A stretch of 64,000 nucleotides of DNA from positions 64,976,001 through 65,040,000 of the forward strand of contig OX597826.1 in assembly GCA_951406725.2 (NCBI GenBank), in the 5' to 3' direction. The notes below the pieces were generated by a model. It had not been told where the DNA came from and ran no database searches. It saw only the letters and a list, made by a program, of their open reading frames with translations. Positions 25,549 to 39,305 of this stretch are shown here, in pieces. The translations under genes were made by a program, and so were the position numbers. The stretch's first letter is position 1; each line of letters begins with the position of its first letter. The stretch comes from Octopus vulgaris. Lineage: Eukaryota.

Positions 25549-27643
25549 AATATACACACACACACTCACACACACAGAAAGAAGCAATTATGCGGATAAG
25601 TGACTTAGATATATTAAATACCATATAATAGTTTGGTTATGGAGTGCAAAATGAGAGAAAGCAGAAGATGGAGACTTTCAGACAATGAATATTTAAGTAC
25701 AAATATATAGATATTTATTCATCCACTCAACTCCCTCTTATAGCCAGCCATTCTTTACCCCCATGAAATTGATCTCCTGTCGTTGAGGCAAGTGAAATCA
25801 AAATCAAATTCGACGACTGGCATCTGTGCTAGCGGGTGCAAAGAGCACCATACCAGGGTGATTGTTGACAGAGCGGCTAACCAGCTTCTGTGCCAGTGGC
25901 GCATAAAAGGGCACCATTCGAGTGTGATCATTACCAGCGTCGCCTTACTGGCACTTGTGCCCATGCTAGTAGGGTGCCAAGAGCACCATCCGAGCATGAT
26001 TGTTGCCAGAGCAGCCAACTGGCTCCGTGCCAGTGGCACATAAAAGGGCACCATTCGAGCGTGATCGTTACCAACATCGCCTTACTGGCACCTGTGCCGG
26101 TGGCATATGTAAAAAGATTCGAGCGAGGTCTTTGCCAGTACCACCTGACTGGCACATAAAATGCACCCACTACACTCTTGGAGTGGTTGGCATTAGGAAG
26201 GGCATCCAGCTGTAGAAACTCTGCCAGATCAAGATTGGAGCCTGGTGCAGCTATCTGGTTTTCCAGCCCTCGGTCAACATCGTCCAACCCATGCTAGCAT
26301 GGAAAGCAGACGTTAAACGATGATGATGATACATAGAGATAGATAAATAGATAGGTAGATAGACAGACAGACAGAGACCCAAATAAAACTCCATATGAGT
26401 TAAGCATAACTGTAGAGCAAACGGTTATATTTTATATATTTGATGTTTTAACAAAGAAATTTCATTTTTGGTAGATCATCCAAAACTGAATGCTTTCACT
26501 CTGTAAATGTAGTTGATTAGTATATGATGGAGAAATTATTTGACTGATATGAATCATATTCATTCTCAATGTTGCAATGCAAACAGATACTGTTGTTTAT
26601 TGCTGAGACATTGTATCCTTTAAAACCTCCATGTTTCTTGAAATTCGCCAACACTACACCCGGTATTCCCCTTCCATATGCATGCACACATGTATATCAT
26701 GACTCATGCAGTTTACTTTCCAGACTTTTGTACCTTTGATGAGTTCCAGTGCACCTGAGCATTATACACAATAATTTCATTATTATCATTATTATTATAT
26801 TCTGAAATAATTCAGTTACTCTTCCAGTTCAGATAAACTTTTGACTTAACAAAAGTGAAGTTTCTTTACCGAAGCATTAAAACTGTAAAATACAGCTGAA
26901 GCTGCTACACAGAAGCTCTATTGTTGGGTCATTTGTTTCTCATATATTGTCTGTGGTCAGGGAAGGATACATATATGTATTGTGAGCCCTGGTTTCAATC
27001 TTCAACATTTCCACAACACTTGATTATGTGGTTAAGAAGCTTGCTTTAGAACCATGTAGTGTTGGGTTCCTTGGGTAAGTGTCTTATGAGTGAATTCAGT
27101 AGACAGAGACTATTTTGAAGCCCATCATATGTATGTGTGTGTTCCCCTACACTCTTGACCAGTATTGATTTATTTACATCCCCTTAACTTAGTGATTCAA
27201 CACAAACTCTTAAAGGTGGTGCTCCAGTATGGTCACAGTCCAGTGACTGAAACAAACGAAGGAAAAAATTTAAAAGATATACTTCGCATCTAAAGAGAAA
27301 ACTTTCATTGTATAACTTTAAAGTTATACAAAAAGTTAACATAATAGAGTACTGTAATTTTGCCATAACAAGCTGAGATAACTTGCTAGTAACAACAATT
27401 TATCCAAATACTTTGATTCCTTTACATTTATTTGAAAAGGGAAGTTTTTCCCAAAATATTATAGGAATAATAAATAGATAAATAAATAAAACAGCCCAAG
27501 TAAAATAATATATCTTTATTTTTGATGTTGATTCATTGATATTACCTTACATATTTTTGATTAACTCCTCACCCACAACTTCGTTCAAATGTTTTTACAA
27601 ACATTTATCTCAAACTAATATAAATAATTATTGTTTATTTTAG

Positions 27644-27775
27644 ATTATCCAGAGATTGCTACATTCGAAAGTCACACTGTGCTGAATGTAACAGCTTCAG
27701 TTGGAGGTCAATATAAATGTCATGCAAACAACTCACAAGGAATAAGTGAAAAAATAGTAAATTTCTACCTTAGTG
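27644..27775 (+). CDS. VEGFR: RTK exon, second half of Ig5 (ASVGGQYKCHANNSQG...NFYLS)
   Basis: ttttag| and |gtaagt; YxCxAxN motif. Confidence 0.9.
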
Positions 27776-28347
27776 GTAAGTGTCTATATATGATTTGTCT
27801 GGTTACTATCTCCTCCTAAACCATAGATAAACAGCTTTTCTGAAACAGGTGGTTCACAAATGAGATTATTAATGAAAAGCCTTGACGATATGATTAAGAA
27901 GTTCACTTTCCAACAATATTGTTTCAATTTCAGCAATAATAACTGCACTTGACCAAGCGGCTTACTGATGCTTCATTAGTGAATTTGGGAGATGGAGACT
28001 CCTTAGAAACCTGCTGCACACAAGTGCATGTGTGTGTGCATCTTCCTGTTTGTCTCTCACTATCTGACAACTGATGTTGGTTTGTTCACATCCCCATAAT
28101 GTATGGTTCAGCAAAATGAGACTAATAGAATAAGGGCCAGGTTTAAAAACTCAAGATAATTACTAAGGTTTCCCCAGATTCAGTTCCACTGTGTGCCACC
28201 TTGGGCAAGTGTTTTCAACTATAGCCTCAGGCCAACCAAAGTTTTGTCAGTGGAAATAGAAAAAGCCTGTTATATATGTGTGTCAATGTGTGCATACAAA
28301 TATGTTTCTGACACCATGTTTTGACATTGCATCATATTTGTAAACAA

Positions 28348-28705
28348 GACGCAGGAGTGGCTGTGTGGTAAGTAGCTTGCTTACCAACCACATGGTTCCG
28401 GGTTCAGTCCCACTGCATGGCAACTTGAGCAAGTGTCTTCTACTATAGCCTCAGGCCGACCATTACCATGTGAGTGAATTTGACAGAAGGAAACTGTGTG
28501 GAAGCCTGTCATATATGTGTTTGTGTGTCTGTGTTTGTCCCCCCTTCTAACATCGCTTGACAACAGATGCTGGTGTGTTTACATACCCGTAACTTAGTGG
28601 TTCAGCAAAAGAGACTGATAGAATAAGTCCTAGGGTCGATTTCCTCGACTAAAGGCAGTGCTCCAGCATGGCCGCAGTCAAATGACTGAAACAAGTAAAC
28701 GAGTA
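28348..28705 (+). mobile_element. tRNA-derived SINE family A
   Basis: near full-length copy. Confidence 0.8.
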
Positions 28706-29022
28706 AGTGTTAATGTTGTTTATTTCCAGTATTCTATAGAATCCTGTCTAGCCACAGGGAAATATTACCTTGTTTGAAAAAAAAGGTGAGGATTCGCAAC
28801 AGGAAGGCATCCAGCTGTAGAAAATCTACCTCTCTAAACTTAATCTGACCCATGGAGAAGTTGACGTTAAGAAGATGATGATGATGATGGTGCTACATCA
28901 GCAGCATCAGCAAAAGTGCTTCCGTTCAGTCAAATAAAACAATAGACAAGAAAAGTTAACCTTTTTTTTAAATGTTATAATTGTTGAGACAGATTTGTAT
29001 TAATACTGTATTTCTGTTTCAG

Positions 29023-29215
29023 ACATTGAAAATGGCTTTATGTTTACTTCAAGTGTAAAGTCACCAGTGGAAGGCGATGAAATTTTCTTGACATGCAGTG
29101 CTAATTTGTGGAAATATGCTGATCCCACATTGATTTTTGAAAGATTATTGGATACTGATGTCTATTCTAAGTTTCCATTAGTCAACAGATCATATGGGCG
29201 GTATAACATATCTCA
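29023..29215 (+). CDS. VEGFR: RTK exon, first half of Ig6 (DIENGF...PVEGDEIFLTCSANLWKY)
   Basis: tttcag| and |gtaagt; PxEGxxxxLxC motif; ends in phase 2. Confidence 0.9.
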
Positions 29216-29395
29216 GTAAGTTATTGTAACGTTGCTTATAGAAAAGAAAGTTTTACCTAAAGAAATTTTAAATAAATAAATTGTCCCCACTTATAAAACA
29301 TCCTAACTACTAAGTCATGTGCCTTTGCACTTATAAGTCTACTGTTTTCAAGTTACATAGTAGATCAACACTAATTTTAAAAATATATTAAACTA

Positions 29396-29560
29396 GGCGC
29401 AGGAGTGGCTGTGTGGTAAGTAGCTTGTCTACCAACCACATGGTTCCGGGTTCAGTCCCACTGCGTGGCACCTTGGGCAAGTGTCTTCTACTATAGCCTC
29501 GGGCCGACCAAAGCCTTGTGAGTGGATTTGGTAGACGGAAACTGAAAGAAGCCCGTCGTA

Positions 29561-29593
<33 letters not shown>

Positions 29594-29803
29594 GCATGTG
29601 TTTGTGTGTCTGTGTTTGTCCCCTAGCATTGCTTGACAACCGATGCTGGTGTGTTTATGTCCCCGTTACTTAGCGGTTCGGCAAAAGAGACCGATAGAAT
29701 AAGTACTGGGCTTACAAAAGAATAAGTCCCGGGGTCGAGTTGCTCGATTAAAGGCAGTGCTCCAGCATGGCCGCAGTCAAATGACTGAAACAAGTAAAAG
29801 AGT
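29396..29803 (+). mobile_element. tRNA-derived SINE family A (CpG-rich, apparently young)
   Basis: full-length copy with intact boxes. Confidence 0.85.
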
Positions 29804-30211
29804 AGAATAAAACTAAATAAAATAAATTTCTCATTTGTATATTTGCAATAAACGTATACTTTCAATTGCAATAATATTTTAATCAGTTGATACTACAAAT
29901 AGTGGGGAAAATAAGTTCCCGGCATTACCTGTCATGACTGACGAAATTCCAGTTTATAAATTGTAACCAATGCAGATAAATTCAATAGGACCAGAGTTAT
30001 TTCCCTTGGTGGGATGGCGGAGCGGTGAAATGGAAATATACAACCAGTTATGTTATTAGATTTATTGAAAGATATATACACACAGTGTATTTCATAAACA
30101 TCTTTCTGTTTCTCTCTTAACCTTTAACAGTGCATTTGTATGCTGCACTTTGTATTTGTACCATACACATAATTCAATCTACTTTGATCTTTTTTATCCT
30201 TATTATTGCAG

Positions 30212-30241
30212 AAATGGAAACCTCTCAGCAGAATTAAAAGT
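30212..30241 (+). CDS. VEGFR: 30-nt symmetric (phase 2-2) microexon in Ig6 (NGNLSAELKV)
   Basis: polypyrimidine tract with ttgcag|, perfect |gtaagt donor, open in the required phase. Confidence 0.7.
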
Positions 30242-30349
30242 GTAAGTAATTTAACATTGAATTATTATTATAATAGTTTATATTATTTATCTGACAGTTT
30301 GCATGTGAAATTTTATAGTAAACAGACTTCGTGCTGTTTATAGCGAACA

Positions 30350-30701
30350 AACACCATCCGAGCGTGGCCGTTCGCCAGCCTCGTCTGGCACCTGTGTCGG
30401 TGACACATAAGAAAACACCATCCGAGCGTGGCCGTCTGCCAGCCTCGTCTGGCACCTGTGTTGGTGGCACATAAAAAACACCATCCGAGCGTGGCCGTCT
30501 GCCAGCCTCGTCTGGCACCTGTGTTGGTGGCACATAGAATCACCCACTACACTCTCGGAGTGGTTGGCGTTAGGAAGGGCATCCAGCTGTAGAAACACTG
30601 CCAGATCTGACTGGCCTGGTGCAGCCTTCGGGCTTGCCAGACCCCAGTTGAACCGTCCAACCCATGCTAGCATGGAAAGCGGACGTTAAACGATGATGAT
30701 G
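30350..30701 (+). mobile_element. SINE-like family B with internal ~60-bp tandem units and (GAT)n tail; other copies at about 8425-8760(-), 20812-21014(+), 25790-26330(+), 33485-33760(-), 35468-35850(-), 38100-38262(+), 42455-42707(+), 56010-56443(+), 61072-61252(-)
   Basis: shared cccactacactc..ggagtggttggcgttaggaagggcatccagctgtagaaa..cccatgctagcatggaaagcggacgttaaacgatgatgat. Confidence 0.85.
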
Positions 30702-31050
30702 AGTTAAGTTCGTGGAGCCAGTCATATCTTTATGCCTTTTATGGAAATATAATTAAGTTGTGATTGTAAACTGGGAATCTGAGCATAGTGGTTCTAATCT
30801 AGGCAAAGACCAGCTACAAATTAATCAGAGAAGCATAGTCAGTGCCCTTGGACCGTATTCAGTGCCTTTATGACTGGTAGGAAGAGGTTATCCTGAAAAA
30901 GTGACCTAGCTTGAATTCTTGGAACATATTGGACTCCACTCAATCTGCTATCAGAGTCTTCTAGCTCGTGACAGACACTAAACTTATAATTGTTATTGTG
31001 TCTAACAAAAGTATAGTTACAACCTGCTCTGTTGTGGGAAACACTAGTTT

Positions 31051-32059
31051 TACCATAACAACCCATGTAATTTGCACACCCATATAATTTACGCAGGTGA
31101 TTTTCAGTATAAAATTTGTTAAAAATGGCTTCTACTTATGTAAAATTCGCACTTAAAAGTTTTGAGAATTACCGATATAGCCAAGGAAAAAAGGTTTTCA
31201 ATTTTGTAGTATTTAGCATAATTTCACTTACTTCTGATTAGATTTTATTTTATATTTTCATTAAATAAAAACAATTTTTGTTTAACAGATATCACATTGA
31301 AGGCTATTAAATTACAAAGTGTTTGTGTTGTTTATAATAAACTTTATTTTACATTTCTTGCCCACAAGAGATTATGTCTTCTCAAATCACAATCACAGGA
31401 AAAGTTGTTGATGAGAATTACCAACAAAAGCAAAGTTGATAAATACACACAGGTGTTGCAAATTAAGTTTAATTACCAATAAACATCAGCTTGGGTGACA
31501 CTTTACTCAACTGGTAGAGGAAGGTAACCGATCAAGCTGATTATGTAAACAGAATTCTTTTATGCCTATTCTTGTCAGAACCTTTGATACAGAGTATTAA
31601 AATTTTAACCCCTTTCACACTTATAAAATGTCAAGCAAACTTCAAAATTTTTTTATTACTGTTATTGTCAGTATGGGCAGAACTTATGAATCATTTACTG
31701 CGAAGGAGAAATTAGATATATACTCCATTTTGATGAGTAGAAACTCCAAGCAATGTAAAATATGGCCCATTTTGTGGTTTTAGTAAATTTATACAGAAAA
31801 ACTAAACATTATACCATCCAGCATAAATAAAAGACAGTTTCATTATGTGTATTTAAGCCATTATTTTTTCTGTAAAAACCTATTCTGGCATTAAATGAGT
31901 CAACTTCCAGTATGAATGTTTACGTTTTGTACGTCTTTTTCAAACAAAAAAATTTCAAAACAAATTCTGGAAACAATCTACTCAGAATTTATGCACCCAC
32001 CAAAGTTTATTTGTACTTTTGCGAAAAAAAATGTGTAAATTACATGGGTTTTTATGGTA
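31051..32059. mobile_element. Non-autonomous pogo/Tc1-like DNA transposon
   Basis: 28-bp terminal inverted match including the TA ends (26/28); internal MGRTYESFTAKEKLDI resembles a transposase N-terminus. Confidence 0.7.
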
Positions 32060-32311
32060 AATTATCAAAATTTTGGAAGGATTTACTAAACAGTGATTGT
32101 TAAGCTGGTGTTTGGAACATAATAGGTTCTTATATAAGATTATGATGGAGGGTTTTAGCTTAAATATGGAACAATTTAAAATAAAAGGTTTTGTTTTCTA
32201 ACTCCAGTCTATTGGTATCAAAAGGCTTAGATATAAGTGTTTTAAAAGAAAATACATGAAAGCATTTATGATATTAAACTTTGAACGTTTGATTGGGTTT
32301 TTTTTTTTCAG

Positions 32312-32436
32312 AACAAACTACTCTAATATCCTTACCAAAAAATTCAATTCAATTCAGTTGACTGATTCTGGAATCTACCGATGTAGAGTGAACAATTCTA
32401 TGAAATTTGATAAAATTATTTCTCTCAATGTTGAAA
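32312..32436 (+). CDS. VEGFR: RTK exon, second half of Ig6 (TNYSNIL...TDSGIYRCRV...LNVE)
   Basis: (t)n cag| and |gtaagt; DSGxYxC. Confidence 0.92.
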
Positions 32437-32707
32437 GTAAGTAAATTTTCTCTCCCCTCTTCTCTTCCAATTTTTTTGGCAACTTTGTTACATCCGCTCT
32501 GTTTCTTACATTTCTCAATCTTCTCCTTCCTTTCTGTTCCATAATCCTCTGTTCTTTTAACCCTTTTCATATCAACCTGCCTGAGACTACCCTTTGTTCT
32601 ATGATACAAACTTCATACTGAACTGGTAAGTTACAGGAATGCGAACACCCCAAACTGGTTGTCAAGCAGTGGTGAGGAACAAACGCACACACACACACAC
32701 ACACACA

Positions 32708-32756
<49 letters not shown>

Positions 32757-33175
32757 ATATGCAACAGGCTTCTTTTCAGTTTTCATTTAGTAAATCCACT
32801 CACAAGGTTTTAGTCAGCCCGAGGCTATATTAGAAGATATTTGCCCAAGGTTCCATGCAGTGGAACTGAACCCAGAACCATGTGATTCTGGGTTGGGAAG
32901 CGATTTTCTTACCACACAGCTATACCTGTACCTATTTACTCATGTGAGCTGTGAGGATTGTGAGACAAAGTCCTCCAGAAGGTCTTATCAGAAGCAACCA
33001 TTACTAAATGCTCCAGCAAGGTCAAGGAAACCTATGAGAATTATTTGACCATCTTGCTCATAGTTTGCCTCTAAATTGCCCTCCATTGGTCTTGCCTGTA
33101 AACTCTGTATTGTGATTCTTTCCTCAGACATTCTAGCCATATTCCCATAGTACCAGAGTTTTCATTTTGTTTCAG

Positions 33176-33362
33176 AGATGATCCCTCCAATGCTTGGTCG
33201 TACCATTGAATCAACCCTTCATGCGAGCCTGAACATGTCCCTACCACTCTCTTGTGAAGTAATTGGTGGTAAACCTACTCCAACAGTGCATTGGTATTTC
33301 AACAACGACCAAATTTTTGAGAACAACACTTTGGGATTACATACAGAAGATGGAGGCACAAT
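33176..33362 (+). CDS. VEGFR: RTK exon, first half of Ig7 (MIPPML...LSCEVIGGKPTPTVHWYFNN)
   Basis: tttcag| and |gtaagt; CxxxGxPxPxVxW. Confidence 0.92.
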
Positions 33363-33978
33363 GTAAGTATTTATCCTTTTGTTACATCTTATTTTGATAT
33401 TAAACACATTATCAAAGTGGTGAGCTGGCAGAATCATTAGAAAATCATACAAAATGCTTAGCAGCATTTCATCAGTCTCTACATTCATCATCATCATTGT
33501 TCAACGTCCGTTTTCCGTGCTAGCACAGGTTGGACGGTTCGACCGGGGTCTGGGAAGCCAAGAGGCTGCACCAGGCTCCAGTCTGATCTGGCAGTGTTTC
33601 TACAGCTGGATGTCCTTCCTATCGCCAACCACTCTGTGAGTGTAGTGGGTGCTGTTTATGTGCCACTGGCACAGAAGCCAGTCAAGGCGGTGTGGGCATC
33701 GGCCACGTTCGGATTGTGCTTTTTACATGCCACCGGCACAGGTATCACAACTATAATTTCCATTTGTTGTTGATGCACTTGACCACCAATGACCACCAAT
33801 TTCAAATCATTGAAACCAATGGATTAGAAAATCCCTGATCAGCTTCTTTTAACCTGTATTGTATTCAAACTTTCTTAAGATTTTATGGGTAATTTTTTTC
33901 ATTTATTAATTTAATTTAACCCATAATGGTTAAGGCCATACTGAAAACACTGATTATATATATTTTATTTCTGCCCAG

Positions 33979-34082
33979 ACTTGTTATACAAAGAACAACC
34001 ATTGACCATTCTGGAGTTTATACTTGCTTCATAAAAAATCGTGCTGGTTCTGTGTATGCAAATGCAACTGTACTTGTTGGAG
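33979..34082 (+). CDS. VEGFR: RTK exon, second half of Ig7 (LVIQRTTIDHSGVYTCFIKNRAG)
   Basis: cccag| and |gtaaat; SGxYxC. Confidence 0.92.
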
Positions 34083-34109
34083 GTAAATATGTATTGCTTT
34101 ATTTTGAAA

Positions 34110-35030
34110 TGTGTTCCATTGTTTCACAGCTGTGTTCACTTAAGGGTCAAGGCAGATGTCACTAATTAGCATCTACTCTGACTTGAGCACTCTTGTTATC
34201 CCTCTTGTCAGTTAAAGGTTCAGGGCAGATGTCACTGATTCCTCGCTCCGAAATAAACTGAGAAGCTGTCTCTTTAAGGTCAGGTGGAAGTGACTCATAC
34301 ATGCATCACTTTGATGGCATACTATTACCTGACCATAGTTCCTTGTCTCAGAAAATACCTCACCAGAGAGAATGCATGCTTTCTCACTTCTTGTGGTTAG
34401 GAGATCCATTTGATGCCAAAAAATATTCCATAATAAGGTTTCAGGATATTGAGACTGATGATTCACAAGCTCCCATTGAGGCAAATGAATCTACAGAGAT
34501 CCTTGGACTACTATAACAATAGTGAACAAGTGTGATTGCCATTTATGTGGCACATCTTTCTAAGCCTGATGCAAATAAAATTCAGACTGAGATTACATGT
34601 TTGACATCTAAATGTTACAGCTCAGCTGGAGGCAATGTGGTTGACGAAAAGTTGACCCACACATTCTACTGATGTTTAGATGGTCTGGGAACAATTCTTG
34701 TCAACAAAGACAAACTGAGTCTCTTCTGAAAGACTATCATGTTGGGGATGATGGATAAGTTCCAAAAGTCCTTGGTCTAGAATACTAGTGAGGAACATTA
34801 ATCATATGAGACATGCTTTATAATGTGGAAGTACCACTAGTCAAACCTGTCAGAGATGCATGCTAGACAACCAAACCACCATGCATATATTCATTCAGAG
34901 TCCATGCATTGAAAAATTGTAGGCAACAACTACTATCACATGTAGAGCAGAGATGGCTCTCAGTTGAGTTTGTTTTGAAGATTGACCTGCTACCCTCTTT
35001 TGGCAAAGATGGGCAGCTAGTCTTTCTCTG
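34110..35030 (-). mobile_element. Highly degenerate non-LTR RT remnant
   Basis: GC-richer block; fragmentary PIFAKRG...LRAIS resembling RT domains 1-2; many stops. Confidence 0.35.
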
Positions 35031-35083
35031 CCTAGTGGTTATGGCAAGAGAACTTGTGTGGTAGGTATGGTCAGAAAGTTTAA

Positions 35084-35306
35084 CCCTTTAGCATTTAAAC
35101 CGGCCATATCTGGCCCATATATTCTACCTGTTTTAAGTTCAAATTGGCCAGATCTGGCTTCTCACACCTACCCTGTGTTGTAATTCTAAGAATAAACACC
35201 CACACTTTTGAAATCCCAAAACTATGAGACAATGCATGATTAATTCAAAACAATGTGAATACATAATAAGCATTGAATTTGGTAAATTAATCCAAACACT
35301 AAAGGG
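35084..35306. mobile_element. piggyBac-type MITE
   Basis: TTAA|CCCTTTAG ... CTAAAGGG|TTAA. Confidence 0.8.
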
Positions 35307-36548
35307 TTAAGGCTAGAGATTTTCTTCTCTGACCAAGCCGTCAACTTCTTCAATCCCACTCAGAAGGGAGAACGAAGATGAAGAAAGAAGTGCTACCTTT
35401 TAATGTGTTTTACAAAAGATGTGTGGCATGGAGAAAAACTAACATTGCTAAATGGGCCTGCTCTGATTCATCATCATCATCATCATCGTTTAGCGTCCGT
35501 TTTCCATGCTAGCATGGGTTGGACGGTTCTACTGGGGTCTGTGAAGCCAGAAGGCTTCATCAGGCCCAGTCAAATCTGGCAGTGTTTCTACGGCTGGATG
35601 CCCTTCCTAACGCCAACCACTCCGTGAGTGTAGTGGGTGCTTTTTATGTGCCACCTGCACAGGTGCCAGACAGAGCTGGCAAACGGCCACGAACGGATGG
35701 TGCTTTTTATGTGCCACCGGCACGAGGGCCAGGCGAGGCTGGCAACAGACACGAACGGATGGTCCTTTTTATGTGCCACCGGCACGAGGCCAGTCGGGGC
35801 GGCGCTGGCAATGGTCGCGAAACGTAAGGTTCTCTACATGCCACTGGTAACATCTGCAATTTCCATTGATTGATTTCGATTCTGAACAATAAACAGGATG
35901 TAAGAAACTAAGTGTGTGATATATCAAAAGGGCCCACAACTTGGTGTGGAGTTTTCTTCAAATGACCCTAGGTGTTTCCCCCCCCCCCCCCGCCCTTATT
36001 GAGGACCACCCATTGTAACCCACCCCTCCTGACACTGTTTTGTATTTCTTAACTGTTCCCAATGCCTTGAGCCCTTGTGGGTGCTGGATTGATAGAATTG
36101 TTAGAGCATCAGACAAAACACTTTTTGATATTTGTTCCAGCTGTTTTGTTCTGGTTTCATATCCTACCAAGTCAACTTTTTCATCCTTTCAAGGTCAGTT
36201 AATAAAAGACCACTCCTGCACTAGGGCCTATTCTTCTTGGGGTAGTGAGCAGGCAGAATAGCTAAAGCATTGAAAGAAAAAAATGTCTTGTGATATTTCT
36301 TCAACTCTTTTACATTCTGATTTCAAAACCTTATCAAGGTCAACTTCTGCCATTCATGTCTCCAGTATTGTTAAAATGTAGTACCAGATAAGTACTTTAG
36401 TCAACTATCCCCATCCCTAGCTGATCTTAAAAACATTTACTACTACTACTACTACTAGTGGTAGTGGTTGTAGTAGTAGTAGTAGTAGTAGTATATTTCC
36501 AGATGTTATTATTATTGTTGTTGATCTTAAAACCCTTCATTTTTACAG

Positions 36549-36673
36549 AAAATTATAGTGCTGCTGGATTGAGTAAAGTAGAGGTTATTGTCATAGTTTG
36601 TGTATCATTGGCTGTTCTTATTATCAGTTTAGCTGTCATCTGTTTCATCATCAAGAAGGTCAAGATCAAACAT
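36549..36673 (+). CDS. VEGFR: RTK transmembrane exon (VIVIVCVSLAVLIISLAVICFII-KKVK)
   Basis: ttacag| and |gtaagt; about 23 hydrophobic residues followed by a basic stop-transfer sequence. Confidence 0.93.
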
Positions 36674-37667
36674 GTAAGTTACTGTCAATAAGGACACACG
36701 CACATGCACTATATATATATACATATACATACATACACATATATATCACATATATCATTGATTTTGATTTTTCTAAAATTTTTTAACCATTTTACTGCAC
36801 AAAATGCAAACTAAATCTACCTTGACTTTGTTAAGATTCCATTCAGTGAACATGTGAGAGCAGTTTCTCCCGTTAAACTCAATCTGTTTATTCACTTATC
36901 ACCTCTGTCATTGTATTACCGTCTCCTGAGTCCTGAAATGCTACAGTATAATGACTACAATTAAGAGCTCTCTGTATAGTATCTTAAGAAGTGTCAGTAT
37001 GTAGTGTTAGAAGTTTATCCTTCTCTACTGACACTACATGCAACATAGCATTTAGCAGATAAATTCTCTGAGGAATGTATGATATAATGTAATGCCTGCA
37101 AGTGTAATAGAACGTCTGCAGCAAATATGAGCCCTGAACTAGTAGCACAACACTTCATCTACTAATTCTCGTCTACACAGGTTATATATATGAACCATGA
37201 GAATCTGAATATGGTTCTGTCCTTTAACCATTTCATTACCAAATTTCTGAGGAAATTTTTGTTACAATTAATTGTGAAAATAATGACATGACATATTTAG
37301 TAAAATAATTTTGTCATTATAAAGTGGTGTTAGAACATGGAGTTTTGATGGAAGATTTTAATTAAGAACCTTTCAAAACAGGAAATCTGTATCATATATC
37401 TAGGGTAGTCTCAGGCAGGTTGGTATCAAAAGGTTTAAATTTCCCTTTTGCCATCTTGAAAAGGAAAGGGACACAGTGAATAATATAGTCTCAGTGGCTG
37501 AGACAAACACTGGATTGTCTTTGATCACAAGACTACTTAGAATTGTTTTGGCATTAAACTACAATGGCAACAACAAAGATAAAATTGGATGATATAAAAA
37601 ATCCTAAACTCTTTCTTTATGACAAAGATCTCCATGAGTTATACGTTCTTCACTTCCTTTATTATAG

Positions 37668-37800
37668 GACTTTGACGATCTTGAGAAACAGCTTGTTGTG
37701 CCTAAAGGTGATTACAACCCAGATATTCCTATTGGAGAACAAACTGGATGCCTACCTTATGATTCACGGTGGGAATTTCCGAAGGAACGACTTCGATTAG
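37668..37800 (+). CDS. VEGFR: RTK juxtamembrane exon (CLPYDSRWEFPKERLRL)
   Basis: ttatag| and |gtaaga; PDGFR/VEGFR family signature. Confidence 0.95.
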
Positions 37801-38549
37801 GTAAGAATTACATTTTTGTCATATCACTCTCTCTCACTCATGTCTTTTGGACATACACTTTTTTATGTGCACCAGCAATGACTTTCTCACTGGTAATGTC
37901 TTCCCTGTATATTACACAAATGTAATACTTTTTTCCCAAATAAACTGCACTTCATATTCAAGGTTCCAGTGAAGCTGTAGGATGTTATTCATGCACTCAG
38001 CTAAGAACCTACTGCATCTCATAACAGAAACAGCTGTAACCTAATGAAGTTCATAACATAACCATTGTTTTTCTTGTGATATCTCTTTTTCTTATATGTA
38101 TACTACACTCTCGGAGTGGTTGGCATTAGGAAGGGCATCCAGCTGTAGAAACTCTGCCAGATCAGATTAGAGTCTGGTGCAGCCATCTGGTTCGCCAGAC
38201 CTCAGTCAAATTGTCCAACCCATGCTAGCATGGAAAGCGGACGTTAAACGATGACGATGATGTATATTGTTAGCCACATATTGTATATTCTCCATGTATT
38301 TGCTGGTAAGCTGCTCTTGGCAACATTGAAAATACTTTCTTAAAGTGCTTGGTTGGTAATGTCTATTACACTAGTGCTCTTTCTATTTCATATTTGAATT
38401 TGCTCTTGTCCAGGCATACCCACACGATGTCAAAAACATCATCTGATCCATGCAAGCATGTAAAAGTAGACATTGAAAGCAATGATTATGACAATAAGGT
38501 CTAAACCAGCTTCTTAAGTCGAACTAAAGATAATGCTTCTTTGTTTCAG

Positions 38550-38654
38550 GAATGATACTTGGTCAGGGTGCATTTGGAAGGGTTATCAAAGCAGAGGCAA
38601 TAGGAATTGAAGATGGGATTGATGTTACAACAGTAGCTGTCAAAATGGTTAAAG
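38550..38654 (+). CDS. VEGFR: Kinase exon, subdomains I-II (LGQGAFGRV...VAVKMVK)
   Basis: Gly-rich loop and catalytic Lys; canonical splice sites. Confidence 0.96.
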
Positions 38655-39185
38655 GTAAGAGAATTTACAAATATGTTTATGTGTGGAGGGAATATTTTAA
38701 AGAAATTTTTCTTTTCACATAACTGGATTTGTCTGTTTCATATTCCTGGAATGATAATGAGATCTTCCTTCCAAGGCCTTTTACTTTGTGGTAAGAAGTC
38801 TGCTTCCTAACCACATGGTTTTATGTTCAGTTCCAGTGTCTTCTACTATAGCCCCAGGTTGACCAGAATGTTATGAGTGAATTTAGTAAGGGAAACTGAA
38901 AGAAGCCTCTGTGTGCGCGTGTATGTTATTGTCTCCTTCCTTTGACTTCATGTGATAGTTGTAAACGAGTGTCACTGTCATGCAAGCAGTGTCCTTTGTT
39001 TTACTCTTTGGTGGAAACGTCTGGCCATGAGGAAATATTATTTTGCCTGGAAACAGGTGAGGGTTGACAACAAGAAGGCCACTTGATCATAAAAGATGCA
39101 CCTCAGTAAAATTTCATCTGACTCATGCAAGCATGATAATGTGGACATTAAACCTATGGTGATGATTGACTTTACTCTTTTACAG

Positions 39186-39305
39186 ATTGTACAGACCGTG
39201 AACAAATGGAAGCATTGTTGTCAGAATTAAAGATTCTTATTCATCTTGGTCCTCACTTAAACATTGTTAATTTACTTGGCGCTGTCACTAAGAACATCCG
39301 ATATG
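39186..39305 (+). CDS. VEGFR: Kinase exon, subdomains III-IV ([26 protein letters not shown])
   Basis: class III/V RTK motif; canonical splice sites. Confidence 0.96.

Noticed and set aside
29396-29470. tRNA gene
   Set aside because: tRNA-like head of a multi-copy SINE; no proper cloverleaf seen
30131-30151. Additional 21-nt microexon after cctttaacag
   Set aside because: Donor (ttt|gtattt) is too weak; more likely just an upstream AG
37961-38040. Hammerhead with a GAAACAGCTGTA 3' half
   Set aside because: 5' core (CCAGTGA) and stem II are too degenerate to support
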